DNA of 64,000 bases, from assembly GCA_963828525.1 (NCBI GenBank), contig CAWHEP010000003.1, positions 96,001 to 160,000 of the forward strand, read 5' to 3'. This DNA is from an uncultured Verrucomicrobiae bacterium. Its GTDB lineage: Bacteria > Verrucomicrobiota > Verrucomicrobiia > Chthoniobacterales > Chthoniobacteraceae. Made by a program: the position numbers and the translations under genes. Positions 8,898 through 19,366 of the stretch are shown here, piece after piece. The notes under the pieces are model-generated. The model had not been told where the DNA came from. It did no database searches and saw only the letters and a list, made by a program, of their open reading frames with translations. Every line of letters begins with the position of its first letter. Positions within the stretch are counted from its first letter, which is position 1.

Positions 8898-11841
8898 GCG
8901 CGGCTTTGAGCTTTTGCACTGCCACCGGTTTGGTGAGGTGCTCGGCAAATCCAGCCTCCAGACTCCGGGCAATGTCTTTTTCCATGCCAAAACCGCTGAT
9001 CGCAATTCCATGAATCGAGCTGGATCGACGAAGTTCACGCATGAGATCGACGCCGCTGGCGTCCGGCAAGCCAAGGTCGCTGATAAGAAGATCAAAATCC
9101 TTCTGACCCGCTTTTTCCAAGGCCGCGCCCACTGAACTCACGGCTTCCACTTCAAAGCCCCAACTCTTCAGGAGCCCGGTTAACGCATGGCGAGTATCGT
9201 CATGATCCTCGGCAAGAAGCACCTTTAGATTCGCGCAATGCTCGACGCCCGTTGGCTGGTTCTCCATGATGACCTGCTCCGCGCTGGGTGCCCGGCAGTT
9301 TGCGAGATCCAGCGTAAAGGTTGCCCCCTTGCCCGCGCCGGGACTGCGCGCGTTGATCGTTCCGCCATGCGCGGCAGCGAGGGCTTTGACAACTGCTAAT
9401 CCGACTCCCAAGCCTCCGAACTCCCGCACCGTTGTTTCATCTCCCTGCTCGAACAAATTGAATATCTTTGGCAAGACTGCGGCGTCGATACCCATTCCAC
9501 TGTCTTCGAATTCGATCCTTAGGAAGCCGTTCTCCTGATCTGAGGATCTTATCTCCAAGCGTCCTCCCGGTGGCGTGAACTTTATGGAATTGCGCAGGAG
9601 GTTCCAAAAAATCTGTAGCAACCGGGAGGAGTCGGCGTCTGTTTCGGAACGTTGAGCCGAGAGATCGAGAACCATTTGCTGTTGTTTGCTGACGGCGTCG
9701 GGCTGGCAAATTTCAATTGTATGCCTCAGCAGCGCGTGAACATTCACGCGCTCCATATTCAGAGAGAGCTTGCCTTTGCTAATCCGCGTCACATCGAGAA
9801 GATCATCGATGAGGCGGGCCTCCAACTCGACGTTTCGCTGAATCATCGTAAGCACCCTCGATACTTCCGCTGGCAGCGGAACGGTGGCCTTTAGGCTCTC
9901 AATCGAAGTCAACACGGGGCTGAGGGGGGTCCTTAATTCGTGACTCAGCACCGCCAGAAATTGATCTTTGGCGCGGTTCGAAGACTCCGCGGCCTCTTTT
10001 GCCTTTTGAAGGTCGTGTGAGCGCGCCGTCATCGCCACAGCAAGCTCGCCTATATCTTCCGTCTGGCTTGCAAGCTCCCGTTGCAACATGTCCCGCACCC
10101 GTTTCGACGCTACCTGGTTTCGCACGCGAAGGCGGAGTTCCTCTATCGAGAAAGGCTTGGTGATGTAATCTTCCGCCCCTTTTCTAAGAAGATCCATCTT
10201 CAGCTCTTCGTCCGCTTTCGCGGTTAGAAGGATCACAGGGATCGGCTTCAGTTCCGGGCGAGCCTGTAGCCTGTCAAACAACTCCTCGCCGCCCATGCGG
10301 GGCATCATCACATCGGTCACAATAAGATCCGGGAGAAGCGAGATCGCTTTTTCCAGACCTTCCGCGCCATCCATCGCGGAAGCCGTCCTAAACATCTCTC
10401 CGATGCTTTCCGTGATGAAACGGTTCATATCTGGATTATCTTCGATGATGAGCACCAGCGGCTTGTCGTCTGCGCCGTCCGCCGGATTAGTGCTCTGCTC
10501 TTCACGGCTCACACCATCCCGCCGGGCGAGCTCCTTCGCGCCGTCAACGATTGACTTCAAATCGTCGGAACTCTGGGAGTAGCCTCCCAACGCCTGGGCG
10601 TTCGGAGGTTCAGAGCTGACCTTGTACTGGGACGGAGCCCGCAGCGGCAGATGCACCTTGAATGCCGCGCCTCCGCCAGGAGCATCCTCAACGGTGACAG
10701 AACCTTCATGCAACTCAGCAAATTCCTTCACGATGGAAAGGCCCAGGCCGGTGCCGCCAGTCCGCGAGACTGTTCCATCTCCTTGATTGAAGCGCTCGAA
10801 AATTGCCGCCCGCGCCGCAAGGGGAACTCCTGGCCCGCTGTCTTCAACGCAAAGACACGCCCTTTCAGCCGTACTCGCCAGCGCGCAATGGATTCTACCC
10901 TCCGGTCCTACGAACTTGAAGGCATTGGAGAGCAGGTTTAGCAGTATTCTTTGCACCTTGTCCGCGTCGACCTGCGCAATGAGCCTGTCTGGTGTTTCAA
11001 CAGAAAATTCGATGCGGCGCTCTTGTATCGCGGATTCAAAATTGGCGGCCATGATTCGCACAAGACGGCTGAGATCCACGCTGGAATAATCCATCTGCAT
11101 CTTGCCTGCCTCCAGCTTGGAGACATCCAAAAGGTCGTTTACATGCTTGCGGAGGATCAGCGCATTGCGCCGGACCACCTCCAGTTCATGCCTGTCGCGA
11201 GAACCGACCTGCTGCGTCGACATCATTCGATCCACCGGGCCAAGGATGAGAGTCAGCGGCGTCCGCAGCTCATGACTGGCGTTTGCGAAGAAGGCGGTCT
11301 TCAGATGATCCAGTTGCTTGATCTTTTCATAAAGCGACGAGAGCTCGTCGTTTGCCACCACAAGCTGTTCTTCCCGCTCCGTGGATGTGCGCGCGGCATC
11401 GAGTAGCGCGAGAATCCTTGGAACAAGGGGCGGCAGCAGGATCGCGGTCGTTAGAGATGCAACCGCTGTAACGAGCTTCACCACTCCCGCGAGCCAGTAA
11501 TGCGGACTCCAAACCGTCCACACCTCCATAAAATGAGTGCTGCCGCAGGCGATGATGAACAAGCCAAATGCCAGGACCATCGAATGGAAGGGGATGTGAC
11601 GGCGGGCGGACGCCACCAGAAACGCCAGAGTCGAGGAGATCGCGAAGTAGGAAAGGCCGATCAACAAGTCTGATGTGACATGCAGCGCGATCAGTGGCTT
11701 GTTCCACATGTAACAGGTCGCATGCGGCATGAATGTGCCGTCTCCGCCCTTTGAGACCTCCGCCAACCCGATAGTAAGAAGCCCTACCGCCACGGCGGTC
11801 CCAAGGAGCGCGCTGTAGAGGCGGGGGGTGCCTTTCATCAA
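8842..11841 (-). CDS. Double hybrid histidine kinase with an N-terminal ethylene-receptor-like membrane domain (EBD, HisKA, HATPase, REC, HisKA, HATPase, REC)
   Basis: MPHATCYMW...SDLLIGLSYFAI...FIIACGSTH matches the ETR1-type ethylene-binding domain. Two SHELRTPL H-boxes, two ATPase domains and two receivers follow. Confidence 0.88.
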   Translation of the reverse strand: MMKGTPRLYSALLGTAVAVGLLTIGLAEVSKGGDGTFMPHATCYMWNKPLIALHVTSDLLIGLSYFAISSTLAFLVASARRHIPFHSMVLAFGLFIIACGSTHFMEVWTVWSPHYWLAGVVKLVTAVASLTTAILLPPLVPRILALLDAARTSTEREEQLVVANDELSSLYEKIKQLDHLKTAFFANASHELRTPLTLILGPVDRMMSTQQVGSRDRHELEVVRRNALILRKHVNDLLDVSKLEAGKMQMDYSSVDLSRLVRIMAANFESAIQERRIEFSVETPDRLIAQVDADKVQRILLNLLSNAFKFVGPEGRIHCALASTAERACLCVEDSGPGVPLAARAAIFERFNQGDGTVSRTGGTGLGLSIVKEFAELHEGSVTVEDAPGGGAAFKVHLPLRAPSQYKVSSEPPNAQALGGYSQSSDDLKSIVDGAKELARRDGVSREEQSTNPADGADDKPLVLIIEDNPDMNRFITESIGEMFRTASAMDGAEGLEKAISLLPDLIVTDVMMPRMGGEELFDRLQARPELKPIPVILLTAKADEELKMDLLRKGAEDYITKPFSIEELRLRVRNQVASKRVRDMLQRELASQTEDIGELAVAMTARSHDLQKAKEAAESSNRAKDQFLAVLSHELRTPLSPVLTSIESLKATVPLPAEVSRVLTMIQRNVELEARLIDDLLDVTRISKGKLSLNMERVNVHALLRHTIEICQPDAVSKQQQMVLDLSAQRSETDADSSRLLQIFWNLLRNSIKFTPPGGRLEIRSSDQENGFLRIEFEDSGMGIDAAVLPKIFNLFEQGDETTVREFGGLGVGLAVVKALAAAHGGTINARSPGAGKGATFTLDLANCRAPSAEQVIMENQPTGVEHCANLKVLLAEDHDDTRHALTGLLKSWGFEVEAVSSVGAALEKAGQKDFDLLISDLGLPDASGVDLMRELRRSSSIHGIAISGFGMEKDIARSLEAGFAEHLTKPVAVQKLKAALSAFVSSKRNRLERELRT

Positions 11842-11918
11842 TGGACGATGCTATTTGTTCAGACGCCGACCGTCAAAGCTGAACAGACCTCGATCACGCC
11901 GTGAATGAAAATGGCCGC

Positions 11919-12116
11919 TTACTGGCCGGGCGACTCGCGAATACCTTTTCTCAGCCATTCGGGAAGCCCTTCTCCCGCTGCTTCCTCCGCGGGAATGATC
12001 TTATCCGCAATGGGAGCAGCCTTTTTCACAGATTGCTGGTCTTCGGAGGAGCGGATCAGCCCGCGTTCCCTTGCTTCCGCGATGATCTGACGGGCTTCGT
12101 TGATGTCGAAAGGCAT
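11919..12116 (-). CDS. Small hypothetical protein (65 aa)
   Basis: ATG-started ORF of protein-like composition filling the gap between co-oriented genes; no family recognised. Confidence 0.5.
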   Translation of the reverse strand: MPFDINEARQIIAEARERGLIRSSEDQQSVKKAAPIADKIIPAEEAAGEGLPEWLRKGIRESPGQ

Positions 12117-12237
12117 ATATTTAAGTGTGCAGAAGAAACAAACCGTGAAAACGAACCCAGAAAACGCCCCCTGAAGAAGGGAAAGCGGACTTCTGTATAT
12201 ACGGCGGTCTCTCTTTAGTTCAAGCGAAAAAACAAAG

Positions 12238-13794
12238 TCACGGCGTGGTGGGCGCTGGCCTTACGGTCAGATTCCGGACGTCCTGCAAGACCATGCCGGA
12301 CGCCCCATCCCGGGCAAGGGAGGACCTGAAATTATCCATATCCAGACCGTCCACGTTTGAGAATGAGGCGGCGGGACGCCCGTCATCTTTCAAGAGGCTG
12401 ATCCGGATGTTTGCGAGTTCCAGGTCGCGAATGTGCCTCGCATAAATTCCGTACGCTGGCATTTCCTTCGGTTCCGGGTAGCCTCTGCCGAGTTCGTCCG
12501 GAATTCGAGACGCGCTCTCCTTGTTCCCTCCGCCGTCGCAGATCAGTTTGATGTTTTCCAATCGAATCGCCTCCAACGGTTGCTCCAGTGTTCCCATGAT
12601 CTGGATGCCGCTGGCTCTGGAAACGTGATCCGCTATCACATTGGAGATGGAAATGTTTCTGCAGGCGCTTGGATGTTTAAGATCCCCGCCCCGGTTGCGC
12701 GAGCCTGTTACGATGTAGATCGCGTAATTCACCACCTGCATCATCGCGAGATTGTTGATGGTAATGTTCTCCAACACGCCCCCATCCACCTCTTCCAGAG
12801 CGAGACCTTTGCTGCAGCGGAAAGTGCAGTTGGATACGGCGCAGTTCCGAAAGCCGCCACTTGATTCGGTGCCGAATTTGATCCGGCCATTGCCGCCTCT
12901 GCGAAAGCGCATCGTCCCATCGCGCAAGGATCCTTCTTCGAAGCCGGACACCTGGCAGTTCGTTATGGTCAGGTTCTCCGTAATGACGTTCCTGCCAAGG
13001 GCGAAGGTACTCTTCGGGCAAAGCGCGTCATCGTTAGGAGCATTGATTCGGCAGTTCGACACGCAGGTATTTCTGCAGCAATCGATATCGAAGCCGTCGC
13101 GATTCGTATCCGCGGTCACGTTGTCAATGGTGAGGTTATCGCAGCCGGTGACCAGTACGGCAAAGTGACCACCGTGGATGATGGTGATATCCCGAAGAAG
13201 GACATTTTTGCAGAGTTTCAGCGCTATCGCCTTGTTCCCTAGGCGAACAGGAGCCGCCGCGATATGAGGAGGGTCGCCTTGTTTATCCCATGCCGAAAAG
13301 CCGCACATCGCGTCCAGTTCGCCATCGTCGGAAACGAGTCCTTCTCCATCGATCACGCCCTGCCCTGTGATGGAAACGTTGCTGAGGTTCTCTCCCCAGA
13401 TCAGGCTGTTGTGGAAGAAGCAGTGACCGCCGTCCTGATAGGGATTATTCGACCACGGCTCGGTTTCATCATAGACATTCATGGATTGGGAAGCGCCGAG
13501 AATGGTTGCTCCCGCGTCCAGAAGGAGGTGAACGTTGCTTCGAAGATGGATTGATCCACTCAAGTAATTGCCGGCTGGAACTAAAACCGTGCCCCCGCCC
13601 GCGTCGGCCACGGACTGAATGGCACGGTTGATCGCCGGGCTGTCCAGATGCTGCCCGTCGCCCAAGGCGCCAAAACTCTTTACGCTGCAGACAGCGGGGT
13701 CAGCGCAGCTGGCTTTTGTAGTGAGGAAGAATACGTTTATGCACAGGCTCACGCGCAGGAGCCACGAGGTAGGAAGGTTTAAGAATGGCTTCAT
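12238..13794 (-). CDS. Glycoside hydrolase family 28-like (pectin-lyase fold) secreted enzyme
   Basis: Signal-like N-terminus, FGALGDG...DSPAINRAI, GGGTVLVPAG, NRDGFDID, DDALCPKS, RIKFGTES. Confidence 0.85.
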   Translation of the reverse strand: MKPFLNLPTSWLLRVSLCINVFFLTTKASCADPAVCSVKSFGALGDGQHLDSPAINRAIQSVADAGGGTVLVPAGNYLSGSIHLRSNVHLLLDAGATILGASQSMNVYDETEPWSNNPYQDGGHCFFHNSLIWGENLSNVSITGQGVIDGEGLVSDDGELDAMCGFSAWDKQGDPPHIAAAPVRLGNKAIALKLCKNVLLRDITIIHGGHFAVLVTGCDNLTIDNVTADTNRDGFDIDCCRNTCVSNCRINAPNDDALCPKSTFALGRNVITENLTITNCQVSGFEEGSLRDGTMRFRRGGNGRIKFGTESSGGFRNCAVSNCTFRCSKGLALEEVDGGVLENITINNLAMMQVVNYAIYIVTGSRNRGGDLKHPSACRNISISNVIADHVSRASGIQIMGTLEQPLEAIRLENIKLICDGGGNKESASRIPDELGRGYPEPKEMPAYGIYARHIRDLELANIRISLLKDDGRPAASFSNVDGLDMDNFRSSLARDGASGMVLQDVRNLTVRPAPTTP

Positions 13795-13973
13795 GGGGAG
13801 TTCGATGGGTCAAAGATAGATCAAGGCGGGGGAGCGGGAAGCGCAATCACTCAGCCTCGCGCCCATGACCAAAACTGTCGAGCACGACTACGCGCTTCCC
13901 TCACCGCGCTTCGGCCCTGCGCATCGCAGATGAGTATTGGCGGCTCTCGCGGTCCGGGCTTACACTGGCGCCA

Positions 13974-15254
13974 ATGTCCCTGATAAGCCTCATTCCGTTG
14001 CCGAGTGTCGTGGCCTGCGCCCTTGTCGTTATGCTTCTTCCATCGCGCGCGTTGCCGCTTGAGAACGAACCCATCGATACGGCGCCACTTCACGCAAACG
14101 CGCGAGACATCGTGAAAGCCAACGGAGAGCACATAAGGCTGCGTGGCGTAAACCTTGGAGGGTGGCTTGTAATGGAACCATGGATGACCCCGGCCGATTC
14201 CTCCGGCCTCGGGGACGAATATAGCATTCTGCAAAAACTCGACAGCCGGTTCGGTATCGCGACGGAACAAAGCCTCGTGCAGGGCTACCGGCAGAGTTGG
14301 ACAACACTCCGCGACCTGGATAACATCAAAGCGCTTGGACTGAACGTTGTCAGGGTTCCCGTTTGGTGGGGCGATTTTTACGCGCTGACCGCGCTCGGCC
14401 AGGACAACCCCGCGATGCGCTCGGATGCCTTTACCTTGCTCGATTGGCTTGTGAACGCCGCCTCGACGCGCGGGATTTATACCATCATCGATATGCATGG
14501 CGTTTTTGGTGGCCAGAGTACTTCCGCGAGCACTGGTATGCGCAACAAGAACGCGTATTGGGCGGACAAAACCGCGCAACTTGCGACCGGCGAGATGTGG
14601 AAGGCCATCGCCGCTCATTACAAGGGGAATGCGGGGGTAGCGGGGTACGATCTTCTTAATGAACCAATGGGCGCGCCCAATACACAGGCCGTCTGGGGCG
14701 CGCTGAATACTCTCTACCATGATATCAGGGCAGCGGACCCAAACCACATCCTATTTATGGAGGGCACCTTCGGATCCTGGAATTGGAGTATGCTGCCACC
14801 ACCTTCCAAATACGGCTGGACCAACGTTGTATACGAGATGCACGAGTATCAATGGTCAAAACAGAACCCCGATGGGGTTCAGGCCGGAGCGGATAACCAA
14901 TGCGCGGACGCAAAGGCTCACAAGATGTGGAACGTTCCCCCGTATGTCGGAGAGTTCAACGCGTTCGGCACAGGCACTCCGGCGTGGAAGCATGTGATTG
15001 GGGCTTTTGACAAAGCAGGCGTGAATTGGACTTCATGGAGCTACAAGGCTACGCATGGCGGCGGCGTGGATAGCTGGGGATTGTATAACCCGAATTCTGG
15101 CAAGCACACCGTTCCAAACATCGAGTCGGATACATCAAGCAAGATCTCCCGCGATTGGGCGGAGTGGACCACCGCAAGAGCCTTCGCCGTGAATCCAATG
15201 GTCGAAGCCGCGTATTCCGGCAGCTGGGCAGGCGGGAAAGTCAGCGGGAATTAG
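13974..15254 (+). CDS. Glycoside hydrolase family 5 (endo/exo-beta-glucanase), secreted
   Basis: Signal peptide, LRGVNLGGWLVME, VRVP, IIDMHG, LLNEP (acid/base), YEMHEY, VGEF (nucleophile), WSYK. Confidence 0.9.
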   Translation: MSLISLIPLPSVVACALVVMLLPSRALPLENEPIDTAPLHANARDIVKANGEHIRLRGVNLGGWLVMEPWMTPADSSGLGDEYSILQKLDSRFGIATEQSLVQGYRQSWTTLRDLDNIKALGLNVVRVPVWWGDFYALTALGQDNPAMRSDAFTLLDWLVNAASTRGIYTIIDMHGVFGGQSTSASTGMRNKNAYWADKTAQLATGEMWKAIAAHYKGNAGVAGYDLLNEPMGAPNTQAVWGALNTLYHDIRAADPNHILFMEGTFGSWNWSMLPPPSKYGWTNVVYEMHEYQWSKQNPDGVQAGADNQCADAKAHKMWNVPPYVGEFNAFGTGTPAWKHVIGAFDKAGVNWTSWSYKATHGGGVDSWGLYNPNSGKHTVPNIESDTSSKISRDWAEWTTARAFAVNPMVEAAYSGSWAGGKVSGN

Positions 15255-16204
15255 ACTCCTCGTTTCGCCACAGTCTCCAACACTTCGTCTTTCACTGGCG
15301 ACGTGATCCCCAGGCGCTCCCGCAGGACGTCGACGGAAAGAGCCGCGCGGCTGTCCGGAACAATGCCGGAGCCAAATTTGCGGGCGTAGACCTTCGTAAA
15401 CTCAGCGCCAAAAAGCAATATGCATGTCGAGTAATAAACCCACAGGAGAATGATGATGGCAGACCCTGCCGCGCCGTAGTAGGACGCTGTGCTGCTTGTG
15501 CCCAAATAGAGGCCGATGAGATACTTCCCGACAGTAAAGAGGAAAGCCGTGCCAATCGCGCCAATAGCGACATCGCGCCAACTGATCCTGACATTAGGCA
15601 GAATTTTGAAGATCATCGCGAAGAGGACAGTCACGATGCCGAAAGATGTGAGAAGATCGGCCATATGCCATAGGCCCGTCGGCAGCAGGATGCGGTCACT
15701 CATGTATTTACTTACCGCCGCCACCACTGCGCTGATAACGAGGGAAACCACAAGGAGAAATCCAATTCCCAGCACCATTGTAAAAGAAAGGAACCGCTGC
15801 CGGATTAACGTGCTGAAAGGTCTCCCCTTTCTCACGGTTACGCCCCAGATGAGATTTAGCGCGTCTTTTAGCTCCCCGAAGACGCCCGATGCTCCGAAGA
15901 GCAGCACGACGAGACCAATCGCGGTGGCCAGCAGACTGGTTGATTTGGTGGCTGTGCTTTGGAGCACGTTTTGAATGGCCTCCGCGGCTTGTCTACCGGC
16001 CAATTCCTGGATCTGCGTCGCGATGTCGCCCCGCGCCGCATCCTTACCGAAGACAAGCCCGGCTATCGACAGAATGATGATGAAGAGTGGCGCCAGTGAG
16101 AAAAGGGCATAGTACGCGAGCGAAGCGCTCAGCCGAAGAGCGTTGTCGTCCGACCACTCGGCGCACGTTTCTTTTATCAGATCCATTATCGACCGTATCT
16201 TCAT
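15251..16204 (-). CDS. YihY/BrkB-family inner membrane protein
   Basis: LSASLAYYALFSLAP, LKDALNLIW, YGAAGS...LLWVYYS...LLFGAEF. Confidence 0.9.
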   Translation of the reverse strand: MKIRSIMDLIKETCAEWSDDNALRLSASLAYYALFSLAPLFIIILSIAGLVFGKDAARGDIATQIQELAGRQAAEAIQNVLQSTATKSTSLLATAIGLVVLLFGASGVFGELKDALNLIWGVTVRKGRPFSTLIRQRFLSFTMVLGIGFLLVVSLVISAVVAAVSKYMSDRILLPTGLWHMADLLTSFGIVTVLFAMIFKILPNVRISWRDVAIGAIGTAFLFTVGKYLIGLYLGTSSTASYYGAAGSAIIILLWVYYSTCILLFGAEFTKVYARKFGSGIVPDSRAALSVDVLRERLGITSPVKDEVLETVAKRGV

Positions 16205-16370
16205 GTTCCTCTTATTCGCTGCTCACCGTCCCCGCGGCTTTGGAATCCCTTCTCATTGCGCGGTGTCCACCCCTGCATAGCACACGCGGCTCGCATGAAG
16301 CCACAGAAGATGAAACCAAATCCACGCGGGGTTTCCTCTGGACGAGAGATAGCAATCCAGCCATATCCGT

Positions 16371-17729
16371 GTGGCCCCTTGGGTATTCCCTAACGTGAAC
16401 CGTCTGCTACCATTTGCTCCGATGATTTCCATCTTCCACGGCTGGCTGAACAGCGCGCTCGGCAGACGCATCACGATCGCGCTGTTTGGCGTCCATGTTC
16501 TAAGTTATTGCGCCCCGCCCCTTTGTAATTACGTGTTCTTCAGAGCGGAGCACGGCATCAAAGACTACCAACTCTGGTACGACACGGGACGTTTGATCCT
16601 CGAAGGAAAGCAGCTCTATCCCACGAATGGAGATGCATTCCCTTTCATGTATCCCCCATCATGCGCGGCTCTGCTGGCAATACTGAGTTGTCTCGGCACC
16701 TTTGGCCTTGTGGCGGGACTTGTCGCTTTGAACAGCGTGGCGTGGGTCGCAAGCATCGCGCTTTCGCTCCACCTCGTAACAGGTCGAATCTTTCGGCAAG
16801 AGGCTTTGCTGTATCTCTTTCCCTTGGTGGTTACCTCTCCTTTCGTCTGGGGCACCTATTTGCTCGGACAACCGAGTTGCCTGCTTCTTGCCTGCATGCT
16901 GGGTGGGTTCGCTTGCTTGCGCGCGAAGCGTCCCCTCCTCGCCGGCGCGCTCATTGCCCTTGCAGCGGCGATCAAGGCCTTTCCTGTGATGGCAATCGGC
17001 TACCTTGTCTATCGGCGGTACTGGAGCGCGTGCATCTCCATGCTGGCGGCGCTCGCGGTTCTGCTCATCATCCTCCCAGCGACTTTTCGCGGTTGGGAAC
17101 GTTCATGGGATGACATGAAAGTTTGGACGAACGGGATGGTCCTAAAGTATGATTCGCGAGGAATCGCGCAGCGTGAAGGCCGCGGTAATTCCTGGCGCAA
17201 CCAGTCACTCATCAGCGTGTGCAACCGCCTTTTGCGTCATATCGACTCAAGCGACGGCCAGAAGCCTCCTGTCTACGTGAACATCGCGGACCTTGGGTTT
17301 CGTTCGGTAAACGTTGTTATCGCCGCAACGGCGGCTCTTCTGGGATTGGGCTTCATGGCAGGAATGCCAGCCCTGACTCAGCGAACCCGTGAGACGGACA
17401 ACCTCGAATTTGCCATGCTCCTGCTGCTGATGTTGATGTTCGCGCCCCTTTGCTTTGGGTATATGTTCGTGTGGCTGATTTTTCCCTTGATGGTGGCGGC
17501 CCGCGCAATCATGCAGGAAAGTCCAGGGCGGCGTTCGGCTTTGTTGAAGTGGCTCGGGTGCGTCGTGGTTCTTCTTGCGCTTACCACTATTTTTCGGAAG
17601 AGCGCGCAGGCCTATGGCAATATTTTCTTCGCCTCCCTAATCCTGCTGGTTGGTCTTGGGATTCGTTTGTGGAGGCTGAAATTCGGAGGAGGATCCCCAT
17701 CTGCTGACCGGCCTTCCAGCCTGAACTGA
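16371..17729 (+). CDS. GT87/DUF2029-like polyprenol-phosphate-sugar-dependent glycosyltransferase (start may be 16395 or 16422)
   Basis: Multi-TM protein with FMYPP, LGQ, AAAIKAFP and NQSL motifs. Confidence 0.75.
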   Translation: MAPWVFPNVNRLLPFAPMISIFHGWLNSALGRRITIALFGVHVLSYCAPPLCNYVFFRAEHGIKDYQLWYDTGRLILEGKQLYPTNGDAFPFMYPPSCAALLAILSCLGTFGLVAGLVALNSVAWVASIALSLHLVTGRIFRQEALLYLFPLVVTSPFVWGTYLLGQPSCLLLACMLGGFACLRAKRPLLAGALIALAAAIKAFPVMAIGYLVYRRYWSACISMLAALAVLLIILPATFRGWERSWDDMKVWTNGMVLKYDSRGIAQREGRGNSWRNQSLISVCNRLLRHIDSSDGQKPPVYVNIADLGFRSVNVVIAATAALLGLGFMAGMPALTQRTRETDNLEFAMLLLLMLMFAPLCFGYMFVWLIFPLMVAARAIMQESPGRRSALLKWLGCVVVLLALTTIFRKSAQAYGNIFFASLILLVGLGIRLWRLKFGGGSPSADRPSSLN

Positions 17730-17787
17730 TCCTATTCTCTTCAGCGATTGATAATTCGCGAACGGCGCATCATTATTCCCGGGAAAT

Positions 17788-18129
17788 ATGGATTACACGA
17801 CTTACAAAATTATCCACCTTACGGGGATCGCGGCGCTGGCAATCGGAACCGGCGGAATGCTTGCAAATGGGGACAGCCGTAAAACTTTCGCGATGTGGCA
17901 GGGGGTGGGCCTTCTCATCATGCTGGTGTCCGGCTTTGGCCTGTTGGCAAAGCTGAAGCTTGGCTTCCCTCATTTCGCGATGGTGAAAGCCGGTCTCTGG
18001 ATTGTGATCGGGTGTCTCCCGTTGATCTTTCGGAGGATCAGACCGCCTTTGTCCGTTTGCATACTGATTCCGGTTTGTCTGGTCGCAGTGATGGCTTGGC
18101 TGGGGATTATGAAGCCTCCCCTCTGGTAA
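17788..18129 (+). CDS. Small four-TM membrane protein
   Basis: YKIIHL, LVSGFGLL, VKAGLW and C-terminal KP motifs; hydrophobic throughout. Confidence 0.7.
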   Translation: MDYTTYKIIHLTGIAALAIGTGGMLANGDSRKTFAMWQGVGLLIMLVSGFGLLAKLKLGFPHFAMVKAGLWIVIGCLPLIFRRIRPPLSVCILIPVCLVAVMAWLGIMKPPLW

Positions 18130-18361
18130 CGCGCGAAATAGCGTTTTCGATTTCCGCAGGATTTTGATTGCGCGGCGCGGCTTCATGACGATGATGTCCG
18201 CTCCTTTGGTTACCCCCTTGTATTCTGGAACGTTGCCGGACTGATCTCTGGCTGAACGTCCCTGCCCCACCCCTCATGAATCTGAATGCGCGAAAGGCAA
18301 CGTCGGTCGCTTCCGCTTTGAGCCGAACGTGGCGGCGACAGAACCGGTCATCGAAATTTTT

Positions 18362-18388
18362 GAACTTTTTTGAGGCTCTTCTGTCTCA
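18362..18388 (+). promoter_or_regulatory. Putative ECF (sigmaE-type) promoter
   Basis: GAACTT-N16-TCTCA ending 21 bp upstream of the ABC ATPase ATG. Confidence 0.35.
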
Positions 18389-18409
18389 TCACAACTCCAG
18401 CAGACAGCA

Positions 18410-19366
18410 ATGATAAAAGTAAGGAACCTGAAGAAGAATTTCGGTCATAAACTCGCCGTAAACGGCATCTCGTTCACCGTGGAAAAGGGCGAGGTATTGG
18501 GCTTCCTCGGGCCTAATGGCGCGGGCAAGTCAACCACGATGCGGATGGTCACCGGATTCATCCCGCCGAGCGGGGGAGAAATCTCGGTCGGCGGGTTCGA
18601 TATCGTGGAGAATCCCATTTCCGCGAAACGCCTCATCGGTTATTTGCCGGAGAACGCCCCCTCGTATGGGGATATGACAGTCTCCGGTTTTCTGGGATTT
18701 GCGGCGGAGCTGCGCGGCCTGCAGGGAGGCGCGAGGCAACGAGCGGTTCATCGGGTTATCGAAATGTGTTTCCTAGAAAGCGTAAGACATCAAAGCATTG
18801 ATACGTTGTCCAAGGGCTTCAGGCACCGCACCTGTTTCGCGCAATCGATCTTGCACGATCCTCCTGTGCTGATCCTGGATGAGCCGACCGATGGACTCGA
18901 TCCCAATCAGAAATACGAAGTGCGGACGCTCATCCGAAGAATGGGCGAAAAGAAGGCGATCATTTTTTCCACTCACATCCTGGAAGAGGTGGAAGCGGTC
19001 TGCTCTCGGGCAATCATCATTGATCGCGGGCAGATCGTCGCAAATGGAACGCCTGCTGAGTTGAAGCGGCGCTCTGACACGGCCGGCGCGGTGACGATCC
19101 GCCTGGTGGAAGGCGATGCTGGCGGCGTGAGCCAGAAGCTGAGCCGCATGGCTGGCGTCGACCGAGTGGTCATCCTGGATTCACCTTCGGTAACGGTTCG
19201 CGCCTTCCCCACATCAAGCGGTTCTGCAAACCTTGCCATGGAAATAGGGGCGCTCGCTATGAAGGAAAATTGGAAAGTGGAGGAACTGCATACCGAGGAG
19301 GGGCGTCTTGACGAGGTGTTCCGAGGTATCACGCTCCCAGAAACTGTTCGCAAGGAGGCGGCATGA
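18410..19366 (+). CDS. ABC-2 exporter ATP-binding protein (GldA-like)
   Basis: GPNGAGKST, LSKGFR, ILDEPTDGLDP, FSTHIL. Confidence 0.9.
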   Translation: MIKVRNLKKNFGHKLAVNGISFTVEKGEVLGFLGPNGAGKSTTMRMVTGFIPPSGGEISVGGFDIVENPISAKRLIGYLPENAPSYGDMTVSGFLGFAAELRGLQGGARQRAVHRVIEMCFLESVRHQSIDTLSKGFRHRTCFAQSILHDPPVLILDEPTDGLDPNQKYEVRTLIRRMGEKKAIIFSTHILEEVEAVCSRAIIIDRGQIVANGTPAELKRRSDTAGAVTIRLVEGDAGGVSQKLSRMAGVDRVVILDSPSVTVRAFPTSSGSANLAMEIGALAMKENWKVEELHTEEGRLDEVFRGITLPETVRKEAA

